Shown here: positions 10,649 to 23,914 of the stretch, piece after piece
How positions within the stretch are numbered: the first letter of the stretch is position 1
How the letters are laid out: every line of letters starts with the position of its first letter
DNA from: Patescibacteria group bacterium
GTDB lineage: Bacteria > Patescibacteriota > Patescibacteriia > UBA10025 > JBIOWE01
Direction of reading: 5' to 3'
Length of the DNA stretch: 64,000 bases
Assembly: GCA_044868145.1 (NCBI GenBank)
Contig: JBIOWE010000006.1
Coordinates: 78,558-142,557, forward strand
Made by a program: the position numbers and the translations under genes
The notes under the pieces: model-generated
Seen by the model: only the letters and a program-made list of their open reading frames with translations
Database searches by the model: none
Told to the model about the DNA's origin: nothing

Positions 10649-11047
10649 ATGTCGCTAAAAACATACCTGCTTTTCATGTCGATTCTCTCCCTGGTTTGTT
10701 GGATTGCCTGGATTTTTGTCTTGTCGTATCTCGATCCGGTTGAATCCGGCGCGCTTAGCCACGTGTTATTTTATCTCAGTTTATTCTTGGCGCTGATGGG
10801 CACGTTTTCCTTGCTCGGATTTTTTGGCCGTGTTTGGTTCTCAAAAGAAGAGGTGATCTTTCGACATCTCGGCGTGTCGTTCCGCCAAGCCATATTGTTC
10901 GCCCTTTTCTTGACGGGTTTGTTGATGTTGCAGGGTGTACGGTTTCTTCGGTGGTGGAACGTCCTGTTATTCATGATTCTACTCACGATAGCCGAATTTT
11001 TGTTCCTGTCGAAACGCCCGTATCGCCAATTGCCAAACGCATCATGA
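10649..11047 (+). CDS. hypothetical integral membrane protein (about 4 TM), translationally coupled to pheS
   Basis: Hydrophobic helices throughout; stop overlaps the pheS ATG (ATGA); alternative start at 10625. Confidence 0.5.
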   Translation: MSLKTYLLFMSILSLVCWIAWIFVLSYLDPVESGALSHVLFYLSLFLALMGTFSLLGFFGRVWFSKEEVIFRHLGVSFRQAILFALFLTGLLMLQGVRFLRWWNVLLFMILLTIAEFLFLSKRPYRQLPNAS

Positions 11048-12069
11048 AGGATCAAATTGAAAAAATCAAACAGGAGTTTTTCGACGTCATCGGGCGTGTC
11101 CGCGATGCGCAAAGCTTACGCGATCTTGAGGTACGATTTCTCGGCCGAAAGTCACAACTCACGAACGTTCTGCGGAATTTGAAAAATTTGAGCATTGACG
11201 AGCGCCGAACGGTTGGTTCGTTCGCCAATGCAGTGCGCCAAGAGATGGAGCAAGCGCTTAAACAGTCGCGCCAACGCCTTGCCGCATCCCGCAGTCGCAC
11301 ACCGCGACTCGACATCACCTGGCCAGGTCAACATGCGCCTGTCGGTCATTTGCATCCGATCACGCAGTTTTTGCGGAAGGTTGAAGACATCTTCGTCTCC
11401 ATGGGGTTTGAAATACTCGACGGTCCGGAAATTGAAACAGAACAGTATAACTTCGACTTGCTGAACATCCCTAAGGATCATCCAGCGCGCGATAAATGGG
11501 ACACGTTTTACGTCGAGTCGCCCAAAAGCAAGCGCGAAAAGCTTTTGTTACGAACACATACGTCGCCCGTGCAGTTGCGCGCTATGGAAAAACGGAAACC
11601 GCCAGTACGATTGATTGTCCCAGGGCGGGCGTTTCGTCATGAAGCAACGGACGCAAGCCACGAAACAACTTTTTATCAATGCGAAGGGCTCGTGATTGAT
11701 GAAGGCGTAAGCGTAACGAATCTCATTGCGACCCTTCAATTGTTTCTCCGATCGATATTTGTTGAGCAAGTTAAAACACGCGTGCGACCGGAATATTATC
11801 CATTTGTAGAACCGGGTATGGATATTGATATGTCCTGCCTTATTTGCGGTGGGAAAGGCTGTTCTGTGTGCAAGCACCGAGGTTGGTTAGAGATGATGGG
11901 TTCCGGTATGGTACATCCCCAGGTTCTAAAGAACATGAGGGTTGACCCAAAGAAGTATCGCGGATTTGCTTTTGGCATGGGCATCGATCGGTTGATGATG
12001 TTGTATTATGGCATCAATAATATTCGACTTTCATACGCTGGCGATTTGAGGTTTTTGGAACAATTCTAG
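11044..12069 (+). CDS. pheS: phenylalanine--tRNA ligase alpha subunit
   Basis: 341 aa from ATG 11044 (MKDQIEKIKQEF...); class II aaRS motifs (FRHEA..D, GMGIDRL). Confidence 0.93.
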   Translation: MKDQIEKIKQEFFDVIGRVRDAQSLRDLEVRFLGRKSQLTNVLRNLKNLSIDERRTVGSFANAVRQEMEQALKQSRQRLAASRSRTPRLDITWPGQHAPVGHLHPITQFLRKVEDIFVSMGFEILDGPEIETEQYNFDLLNIPKDHPARDKWDTFYVESPKSKREKLLLRTHTSPVQLRAMEKRKPPVRLIVPGRAFRHEATDASHETTFYQCEGLVIDEGVSVTNLIATLQLFLRSIFVEQVKTRVRPEYYPFVEPGMDIDMSCLICGGKGCSVCKHRGWLEMMGSGMVHPQVLKNMRVDPKKYRGFAFGMGIDRLMMLYYGINNIRLSYAGDLRFLEQF

Positions 12070-12070
12070 C

Positions 12071-16536
<4,466 letters not shown>

Positions 16537-16738
16537 AAAGCTGGGAGGAAGAACCTACGGTTCCCGGGGCCCCGTTGGTCACCCAAAGGTGACATCACCA
16601 GGCCCGTCTCGTCCCGCGTCAAGCAAAGCAGTTTGCTTCACTTCTTGGCTCGACCCCTCCCACGCCTCCCTTTCCCTTATTTGTGTCCCTCGTCGTAGGT
16701 AACCCGAGACTTACAACTCGGGACGGATTCCTTTTCAT

Positions 16739-16767
16739 TTGACAACCATTCTTGTCCATTCTACAAT
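16739..16767 (+). promoter_or_regulatory. consensus sigma70 promoter TTGACA-17-TACAAT for secE-nusG-rplK
   Basis: -35 at 16739-16744, -10 at 16762-16767; preceded by the conserved CT-rich upstream motif (see findings). Confidence 0.6.
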
Positions 16768-16811
16768 GGATTTAGTCCCCGCAGAGGGGATTTTAAAGAC
16801 CAGAAAATTCC

Positions 16812-17000
16812 ATGTTTAAGTGGTTATTGCGCTATTTTCGAGAATCCCGCGATGAGCTACGCAAAGTTGTTTGGCCTTCGAGGCGCGATTTGGTCCGATA
16901 TACGTTGATCGTGATCGGCTTTAGCTTGTTTATGGCTATTTTTTTGGGAGCGGTCGATTTTATACTGACAATAGCGCTTGAGAAAGTTTTTAGTCGTTAG
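16812..17000 (+). CDS. secE: preprotein translocase subunit SecE
   Basis: 62 aa; single C-terminal TM; ELRKVVWPSRRDL motif; immediately upstream of nusG. Confidence 0.85.
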   Translation: MFKWLLRYFRESRDELRKVVWPSRRDLVRYTLIVIGFSLFMAIFLGAVDFILTIALEKVFSR

Positions 17001-17011
17001 CCGGAGCTTTT

Positions 17012-17557
17012 ATGCCAAAACAAACAGCACAACTTGGTCGCCGATGGTACGTTCTCCATACGTATTCAGGATACGAAGAAAACGTTGCGCAAAACTTGCG
17101 CCAGCGTATTGAATCAATGGGTATGGAGGACAAGATTTTCAATGTGTTAATCCCGACTGAGAATAAGATTAAGATAAAAAACGGTACAAGGAAGATCGTG
17201 ACCGAGAAGATTTTTCCCGGCTACGTGCTCGTCGAGATGATCGTGACCGATGATTCATGGTATGTCGTGCGTAACACCCCGAACGTCACCGGGTTCGTTG
17301 GCTCAGGCACGACGCCGACCCCGATTTCCGACACAGAGGTGAAAGAGATCCAACGGCGCATGGGGATTGCCGAGCCGAAGTACAAAATCGATGTTACCCC
17401 GGGCACACCTGTTCGCATCACGGATGGGCCATTCAAAGAATTTGAAGGGAAAGTTTCCGAAGTGGATGAGTCGCGTGGTAAAGTAAAAGTACTTGTTTCA
17501 TTATTCGGACGCGAAACACCCGTTGAGCTGGACTTCTTGCAAATTAAGAAACTTTAA
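17012..17557 (+). CDS. nusG: transcription termination/antitermination factor NusG
   Basis: 181 aa; [14 protein letters not shown] domain and C-terminal KOW ([30 protein letters not shown]). Confidence 0.95.
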   Translation: MPKQTAQLGRRWYVLHTYSGYEENVAQNLRQRIESMGMEDKIFNVLIPTENKIKIKNGTRKIVTEKIFPGYVLVEMIVTDDSWYVVRNTPNVTGFVGSGTTPTPISDTEVKEIQRRMGIAEPKYKIDVTPGTPVRITDGPFKEFEGKVSEVDESRGKVKVLVSLFGRETPVELDFLQIKKL

Positions 17558-17562
17558 AGAAT

Positions 17563-17991
17563 ATGGCGACAAAAAAAATAAAGACGATCGTGAAGCTCCA
17601 AATACCCGCAGCCAAAGCAACGCCGGCGCCACCGATAGGGCCAGCGCTCGGGCAACACGGCTTGAATATTCAGGAGTTTTGCAAACAATTTAACGACCGC
17701 ACAGAGGGAATGAGCGGTGATATTGTGCCGGCAGAAATAACTATTTTTGAAGATCGTACGTTTAAGTTCGTCTTAAAAACTCCTCCCGCCGCGGAGCTCT
17801 TGAAAAAAGCGGCGAAGATCGAGAAAGGATCCGGTAGCCCGTTGAGCCAAAAAGTCGGCAAAGTCACAAAGCAACAAATTCGAGAGATCGCCGAGAAGAA
17901 AATGCCTGATTTGAACGCGAAAGACATCGAAGGGGCGATGCGGATTGTTGAAGGCACCGCGCGCAACATGGGTCTGACCGTGGAAAAGTAA
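17563..17991 (+). CDS. rplK: 50S ribosomal protein L11
   Basis: 142 aa; [30 protein letters not shown]. Confidence 0.97.
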   Translation: MATKKIKTIVKLQIPAAKATPAPPIGPALGQHGLNIQEFCKQFNDRTEGMSGDIVPAEITIFEDRTFKFVLKTPPAAELLKKAAKIEKGSGSPLSQKVGKVTKQQIREIAEKKMPDLNAKDIEGAMRIVEGTARNMGLTVEK

Positions 17992-17998
17992 GAGGTCA

Positions 17999-18964
17999 AT
18001 GCTTAGTTTGCTTATCCCGTTTGGGATTCTCATTATTATTATCTTTGCCATCGTGGCAATGATAGAAGGTAAAACAACAATGAAAAAAGGACGGGTGATT
18101 CGCAGTCTGTATTTCTATTTGACGTCGCTCATTACGCTCGCTATCGTGGTGGGCTCGTTGATTTATCTTATTAACCTTGGCTTGAAGAGCTACGCGTTTA
18201 AGGATGCCGATGCGGGGCTTGATTATGCGGGCGCGCCGCCGACATTATTCTTGGACGCCACAACAACTCCGGAGGCAGCGAAGCCGGTTGGACCGATAGA
18301 TGCAAAACTTTCGTGCGAAAAGGATTGTACGCTTACGGAAACGCAAAAAACGGGTATCGAGAGTTGGAAAACTAACTATCAGCAATGGCAAAGGACCGCA
18401 GCCGATCCCAGCGCAAGGCGGACGCGAGATGCGGTTGCCGCGCTTTCGTTTTTTCTCGTGGCGCTTCCATTTTTCATTATTCATTTTCGCGTAGTGCAAA
18501 AGGATGCAAAACAGCAAGACGAGTCTGAACCAGGCGCGATGCGGCCAATGTATTTTTACTTCGTGGCGCTGGCATCGCTCGTGATGATCGTTGTCGCCGG
18601 CGGTTTTCTCATTAACGTCGGTTTGAAAACATGGGTGTTCCCGAAAGCCGGCCAAGTAGACCAACAGGTGGTACGGCCGTATATTGCTGAATCTGATGCG
18701 AATAAAACCGTTATGGCAAGCCTGGTTGATTGTGCGGATAAGTGCGGTATTGACGCCGAAACAAAAGCGCTCGCGCAGAAGTGGCAAACTGATTACGATT
18801 CGTGGCAGGCACGGGTTAATAAACCGACGAACACGAACCAGCGTCAGGCCGCGACCTCCATTCCGTATGTGTTCGTCGGCATACCGCTGTTTTGGTACCA
18901 CTGGACCGTAGCGCGTCGCGAATCAAAAGAACGCAAGCAATCTCCGCCGACGATGGCTACATAA
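17999..18964 (+). CDS. hypothetical membrane protein with internal tandem duplication (2 x [2 TM + Cys-pair + W..Q.W motif]) inserted between rplK and rplA
   Basis: Repeat 1 RSLYFYLTSLITLAIVVGSLIYLINLGLKSYAF...CEKDC...WKTNYQQWQ; repeat 2 RPMYFYFVALASLVMIVVAGGFLINVGLKTWVF...CADKCG...WQTDYDSWQ. Confidence 0.6.
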   Translation: MLSLLIPFGILIIIIFAIVAMIEGKTTMKKGRVIRSLYFYLTSLITLAIVVGSLIYLINLGLKSYAFKDADAGLDYAGAPPTLFLDATTTPEAAKPVGPIDAKLSCEKDCTLTETQKTGIESWKTNYQQWQRTAADPSARRTRDAVAALSFFLVALPFFIIHFRVVQKDAKQQDESEPGAMRPMYFYFVALASLVMIVVAGGFLINVGLKTWVFPKAGQVDQQVVRPYIAESDANKTVMASLVDCADKCGIDAETKALAQKWQTDYDSWQARVNKPTNTNQRQAATSIPYVFVGIPLFWYHWTVARRESKERKQSPPTMAT

Positions 18965-18969
18965 AGAAT

Positions 18970-19653
18970 ATGACCGATCGATCAAAACGATATTCACAGG
19001 CAAAAAAGCTTGTTGATAGTACGAAGACGTACGATATTGACGAAGCTTTACAATTGGTCAAGAAAATTTCGACGACCAAGTTTGACGGAAGCGTCGAGGT
19101 CCATATCAAACTGGGCATTGATCCAAAAAAAGGAGATCAGTCCGTGCGCGGTTCCGTCACGCTGCCCCACGGAACCGGCAAAAAGAAGATCATCGCCGTT
19201 TTTGCAGAAGGCAAGGCGGCTGATGACGCCCGCGCGGCAGGCGCCGACATCGTTGGCGGCGACGAGCTGATTCAAGAAATAAAAAAGACCGGTAAAGTTA
19301 ATTTCGAGATTGGTATGGCGACGCCTGCGATGATGAAAAAGCTCGGTCCCGTTGCCAAGATTCTTGGGCCGAAAGGACTGATGCCCAATCCAAAGAACGA
19401 GACAATCACCGATGACGTTGCGAAGACTGTGGCTGCGCTCTCGAGCGGAAAGATTACTTTTCGAAATGATGAGTCCGGCAATATTCATCAAGTTATCGGA
19501 AAGACGTCTTTTGAGACGAAGCAGCTTGGTGAGAACCTGTCAACATTTCTCGAAGCGGTAAAACGTACAAAGCCCCAAGCCCTCAAAGGCACCTTTCTGC
19601 TTGGCATGGCGGTCGCATCGACCATGAGTCCTGCAATCAAGATTAAAAGTTAA
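18970..19653 (+). CDS. rplA: 50S ribosomal protein L1
   Basis: 228 aa from ATG 18970 (MTDRSKRYSQAKKLVD...); conserved L1 sequence. Confidence 0.95.
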   Translation: MTDRSKRYSQAKKLVDSTKTYDIDEALQLVKKISTTKFDGSVEVHIKLGIDPKKGDQSVRGSVTLPHGTGKKKIIAVFAEGKAADDARAAGADIVGGDELIQEIKKTGKVNFEIGMATPAMMKKLGPVAKILGPKGLMPNPKNETITDDVAKTVAALSSGKITFRNDESGNIHQVIGKTSFETKQLGENLSTFLEAVKRTKPQALKGTFLLGMAVASTMSPAIKIKS

Positions 19654-19669
19654 AACGTAAAAAGGAAAC

Positions 19670-20368
19670 ATGGGAGCCGCCGCAAAAAGGATTTTAAGGA
19701 TTGGACACCGCGGGGCTGCCGGGTATGCGCTTGAGAATACGGTCGCGTCATTTCAGAAAGCGATCGAACTTGGCTGCGACATGATCGAAGTTGACGTGGC
19801 GAAGACGTGCGATGACGAGCTCATACTCATGCACGACGCACTCGTAGACCGAACCACTGTCGCAACAGGCTTCGTACGAGACTTGCGACGGTCGGATGTC
19901 GAATCCATACGCACGAAGAACGGAGAACGGTTGCTGATGCTCCACGAGCTTCTGGATACATTCGGCGGACGCATCCGGCTCAACCTCGAATTAAAAAGTG
20001 CCGGGACAGCTGCACTGGTTGGGCGTCTACTCAAGAAGAAAGGAATCGATGGCCAGATAGTCGTTTCTTCGTTTTCGCATGAAGAGATACGCGAATTCAA
20101 AAAGCTCAATGCATCCGTGAAAGCAGCTATTCTGCTCGGTGGATCACCCGCGGATTTAAACGATCTTGCGATGCTCATACGCAAAGCCGATGCCGACGGT
20201 GTAAGCCTCGCTTACGAAACAGTGACTAGCGAGGTGGTTCAATTTCTCCATGAGAACAAATATTTTGTTTATGTTTGGACAGTCAACGACCCCCGTGAAA
20301 TCGCCTTAATGAGATCAATGGGAGTCGATGGGATTATCAGCGATTACCCGGACCGCCTAGTAAATTAA
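19670..20368 (+). CDS. glycerophosphodiester phosphodiesterase (GDPD family)
   Basis: IGHRGAAGYALENT ... EVDV ... HD motifs of GDPD/UgpQ fold. Confidence 0.8.
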   Translation: MGAAAKRILRIGHRGAAGYALENTVASFQKAIELGCDMIEVDVAKTCDDELILMHDALVDRTTVATGFVRDLRRSDVESIRTKNGERLLMLHELLDTFGGRIRLNLELKSAGTAALVGRLLKKKGIDGQIVVSSFSHEEIREFKKLNASVKAAILLGGSPADLNDLAMLIRKADADGVSLAYETVTSEVVQFLHENKYFVYVWTVNDPREIALMRSMGVDGIISDYPDRLVN

Positions 20369-20453
20369 AAATGAAAAATTAAAAAGTAAAAATATCGAAA
20401 GAATTTCTTTACATTTTTTTATCTTTACTATTTAGTTTTTTATTTGGTGTCGT

Positions 20454-22055
20454 ATGGCTGACGACAAACGAGACATCTTTGCAATCGTAGGATTACCACC
20501 CGAGGTACTCGCGGTCGCCATGGCGAAGTATTCCCGTTCTGCGAAATCCATCAAGGAAACGATTGATGAGTTGACCGAGGAAAAATCCGCAGAGTTTCAC
20601 GAAAAGTGGGTGTTGGGATACGGCGATGCGTCCGTCGCTGATATGGCAATTGTTGCGCTCGCGCTGGAGAATGTTTCCATTCTCGCGAGCAAAGTGATCG
20701 AAGACAACCGAATAGCCGCGTATCAAGAAAAATCCACGCGCTACCAGTCATTCGCGCTTGAAGATAAAGAATTATCAGCTCACTTGCTTGAGCGCAAAGA
20801 AACCGGAGAAGCATTCGCTCGAAAAAGGTACTTCAAGCCCCGGGCAATCATGGCGTCCGGCCAAGCGGCTTTGTTCACGCAAACGGCCGACTTTTTGTTT
20901 GAGCAATACACGGAGATAACAAAGAAGATGATGGAGTATTATTCGCGGAAGTACCCCAAGCCTGCGGACATGACGGATAAGGCCTACGCCGCAAAAGTGC
21001 GGGCACGCTCGCTCGACGTGGCCAGATATTTGTTGCCGGCGGCGACGTTGACGAATTTCGGCATGATCATCAATGCGCGCTCGCTCCGTCATGCGATTTC
21101 CAAAATGATGGGACATCAGCTGGAAGAATTACACGAGATCGGGGCGGAAATGCGGGAAGCCGCCATCAACCCGGCATACAATCCGCAGTCGAAAAAGATC
21201 GAGCAATTACTTGCCCAACTGCGTGCGCTCGGAGGAAAAACGCAGGAGTTAGCCGACCAAGTTCAACAATCCATTTCCCTCCAAGTGAAAGGAGCGCCGA
21301 CGCTTATCAAACATACGGACCCCAAAGAGTATTTAACAAAAACAAGCACGAAACTTGCGGCGATCGCCTCGGAATTACTGAAAGACGTGGTTCCGGAAGC
21401 GGGGGAGCGCGCGTCCTATCTGGGGGTGGATGAAACGTACGAAGACGAGCTGATCATCACCCTTCTTTACGGCGTATCTCATTGCGCGTATCGTCAGATT
21501 GCCGACGTCGTGAGGCGATTGCAAGAAGCGAAGAAAAAAGAAATTATTAAAATCGCAACAGCGCATCGCAGCCAGTGGGATTGGCCGACGCGCCACTTTG
21601 AAACCGGTCGTCAATTCACCTTTGACACGCTTATGGACTATGGCGCGTTTCGGGACCTCCAGCGCCATCGGCTCACGACGCAGATCAACCAAGAGCTGGG
21701 AGTTGAGCATGGCTATGAATTGCCGCTTGGCCTTGGCATTGACGAAGCGGGACTCACTGCACAAATGTCGCAAGCGCTTGAACGCGTGAAAGAAGTATAC
21801 CTCGAGCTGAAATACTCATTCCCGAACGAAGCGCAATACATTATCCCGCTCGGGTTTCGGAAGCGTACGCTTTTTAAAATGAATCTTCGCGAGCTCACGC
21901 ATATCGTGGAACTGCGGACAAAAGCGGGAGGTCACCTATCGTACCGCGACCTGTGCTATGAAATGTATGCAAAAGTATCCAAGCGGCACCCACTGCTCAC
22001 CATGCACATACGCGCCGTGAAGCCGGATTTCCCTAAGGAATTTTTTGAACGCTAG
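20454..22055 (+). CDS. thyX: FAD-dependent thymidylate synthase ThyX-like, fused two-domain (533 aa)
   Basis: Degenerate ThyX motifs in each half (YSRS...STRYQS in the N-half; QRHRLTTQ in the C-half); immediately followed by tmk. Confidence 0.6.
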   Translation: MADDKRDIFAIVGLPPEVLAVAMAKYSRSAKSIKETIDELTEEKSAEFHEKWVLGYGDASVADMAIVALALENVSILASKVIEDNRIAAYQEKSTRYQSFALEDKELSAHLLERKETGEAFARKRYFKPRAIMASGQAALFTQTADFLFEQYTEITKKMMEYYSRKYPKPADMTDKAYAAKVRARSLDVARYLLPAATLTNFGMIINARSLRHAISKMMGHQLEELHEIGAEMREAAINPAYNPQSKKIEQLLAQLRALGGKTQELADQVQQSISLQVKGAPTLIKHTDPKEYLTKTSTKLAAIASELLKDVVPEAGERASYLGVDETYEDELIITLLYGVSHCAYRQIADVVRRLQEAKKKEIIKIATAHRSQWDWPTRHFETGRQFTFDTLMDYGAFRDLQRHRLTTQINQELGVEHGYELPLGLGIDEAGLTAQMSQALERVKEVYLELKYSFPNEAQYIIPLGFRKRTLFKMNLRELTHIVELRTKAGGHLSYRDLCYEMYAKVSKRHPLLTMHIRAVKPDFPKEFFER

Positions 22056-22057
22056 CT

Positions 22058-22780
22058 ATGAAAAAACATAAAGGTATTTTTATCATGGTAGACGGCATTG
22101 ACGGTTCCGGCAAAGGAACCATCGTCCAAGGCCTTGGCGCTTGGATGCGCAAGAAAGGCAAGCGCATTTTAGACCTTCGCAGCTATATGAAACGCCGGCA
22201 TAGTTTGCCGGAGCCGGAAGCATTGAAGCCATACGACGTCATTCTTTCCGCAGAGCCGACTTTTTCTCTTATTGGCCGAGCGATTCGCGAAGAAATCGTC
22301 CGCGATAACAAACGGGAGTATTCCGCGCTTGCGACAGCACAGGCGTTTGCGCTCGATCGTTTTATTTTGTATAAACGGGTTATTATTCCGGCGCTCTTGC
22401 AAGGCAAGTCTATTTTTCAGGAACGAGGGATCTCAAGCTCGATTGCGTACCAGCCTATTCAGAAAGAGCGACTGTCGCTTCAGGCTATTCTTTCATTGGA
22501 AGGCAACAAACTCGCACTCCGCTACAGGCCGGATATTTTGCTGATTACCACAGTTGATCCAAGAGAAGCCGCCCATCGCTTAACCAAGCGTGATGGAAAA
22601 AAAGACAACGCGATTTTTGAGCACCTAACGTTCTTGGCGAGGTTAAAAAAGCGTTACGAAGCGCCGTGGTTTCGCTCGATATTCATGAAGCGCGGCACAA
22701 TCGTGCGTTATATCGATGCGAGCACGCCAAAGCCGGAAACTATCCGCCAAGCAATAAATGTTTTGTCAAAGAGCTCCTAG
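22058..22780 (+). CDS. tmk: thymidylate kinase
   Basis: P-loop VDGIDGSGKGT; dTMP kinase family; downstream of thyX. Confidence 0.85.
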   Translation: MKKHKGIFIMVDGIDGSGKGTIVQGLGAWMRKKGKRILDLRSYMKRRHSLPEPEALKPYDVILSAEPTFSLIGRAIREEIVRDNKREYSALATAQAFALDRFILYKRVIIPALLQGKSIFQERGISSSIAYQPIQKERLSLQAILSLEGNKLALRYRPDILLITTVDPREAAHRLTKRDGKKDNAIFEHLTFLARLKKRYEAPWFRSIFMKRGTIVRYIDASTPKPETIRQAINVLSKSS

Positions 22781-22784
22781 GCCT

Positions 22785-22813
22785 TGACACCGTTTTCCTA
22801 TCTGGTATTGTAA
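22785..22813 (+). promoter_or_regulatory. promoter TTGACA-17-TGgTATTGT upstream of sigma factor gene
   Basis: Read from sequence; RBS AAAGGAGG at 22876-22883. Confidence 0.45.
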
Positions 22814-22892
22814 GGACACTTAAAATGTGTTCTTTTTTTGTACCTTAACAATACTTCCATACGAGGGAGTCCCGAAAGGAGGTGTGAAAGAC

Positions 22893-23747
22893 ATGAAGCC
22901 GAAGCAAAGATGGAAACGTACTGCAGATAAAAGCTTGGATGTCTATTTGAAAGAAATAGGCAAAACCCCCCTCATTAACCATGAGCAAGAGAAAGAGCTT
23001 GCAAGACGTATTAAAGCAGGTGATGTGCAGGCGATCGAGGAATTGACAAAAGCAAATTTGCGATTCGTTGTTTCTGTCGCAAAACAATACCAAAATCAAG
23101 GCATTCCTCTTCCCGACCTGATCAATGAAGGGAACACAGGTCTTATTACGGCCGTGAAACGATTTGACGAAACCAGAGGCTTCAAATTTATCTCATACGC
23201 TGTTTGGTGGATTCGTCAGGCGATTCTTGCAGCATTAGCCGAACAGTCGCGTATTGTGAATATTCCGTTGAACAGAGTGGGAACAATGATGAAAATCGGT
23301 AGAATAGCGGGCGAATTAGAGCAGTCGCTCGGGCGTCCACCTTCACCTGGAGAAATCGCCAGCGAGCTTAATCTCGGGCACCTGGAGGTGGTTGATACGA
23401 TGAAGATCAAGAATTCTCATCTATCGATTGACGCGCCAATGCCTTTTGCTGAAGACAAGAACCTCATAGAAAACCTTGAGGATAAGCAGCAACCTTCGCC
23501 TGAAGACCTATTGTTAGAACAGTCTTTACGTAAGGAAATTTCCGCAGCTCTTGATTCGTTGACTCCACGTGAAGCAGAAGTCCTGTTATTGTACTTTGGA
23601 TTGAATGGCGAAAGAGCGCAAACTCTTGAAGAAATTGGCCGTGGGTATAATCTGACCCGCGAGCGGGTAAGACAAATCAAGGAAATAGCTATTCGACGGC
23701 TTCGTAAAACAAGTCGCGTCAATGCCCTTAGGGCTTATCTTAAATAG
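22893..23747 (+). CDS. RNA polymerase sigma-70 family factor (regions 1.2-4, no region 1.1)
   Basis: 284 aa from ATG 22893; region 2 NLRFVVSVAKQY, DLINEGNTGLITAVKRFD, region 4 TLEEIGRGYNLTRERVRQIKEIAIRRLR. Confidence 0.9.
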   Translation: MKPKQRWKRTADKSLDVYLKEIGKTPLINHEQEKELARRIKAGDVQAIEELTKANLRFVVSVAKQYQNQGIPLPDLINEGNTGLITAVKRFDETRGFKFISYAVWWIRQAILAALAEQSRIVNIPLNRVGTMMKIGRIAGELEQSLGRPPSPGEIASELNLGHLEVVDTMKIKNSHLSIDAPMPFAEDKNLIENLEDKQQPSPEDLLLEQSLRKEISAALDSLTPREAEVLLLYFGLNGERAQTLEEIGRGYNLTRERVRQIKEIAIRRLRKTSRVNALRAYLK

Positions 23748-23781
23748 GCATTCGTGTTACGGCACGGATGCCTTTTTTTAA
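23746..23781 (+). terminator. rho-independent terminator after sigma gene
   Basis: GGCATTCGTG-ttacgg-CACGGATGCC followed by TTTTTTT. Confidence 0.6.
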
Positions 23782-23876
23782 TCCTCGGAGAGCAAACCTA
23801 CGGTTTTCTCTTCCGATGCCTCTCTTTCCCTTTATTGTCTTCGTCAATTTCAGGAACCCGCCTGTCGGCACCCGAA

Positions 23877-23906
23877 ATTGACTCAGTGTTTTAAGAATAT
23901 GCTACA
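23877..23906 (+). promoter_or_regulatory. promoter TTGACT-18-TACAAT for gatB (ATG only 8 nt after -10, implying a leaderless mRNA)
   Basis: Read from sequence. Confidence 0.45.
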
Positions 23907-23914
23907 ATGTATGT

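Noticed and set aside
16546-16700. Possible tRNA, tmRNA or SRP RNA in the gyrB-secE spacer
   Set aside because: No T-loop (GTTCGA/GTTCAA) motif, no tmRNA GGGG..tag-peptide region, no SRP domain-IV AGCAGCC-like motif. It is kept only as the conserved-motif finding.
22827-22892. Upstream extension of the sigma factor ORF and 18892-18969 extension of rplA
   Set aside because: In both cases a strong RBS precedes the internal ATG that matches the conserved N-terminus; the upstream frames overlap promoters or the preceding gene.
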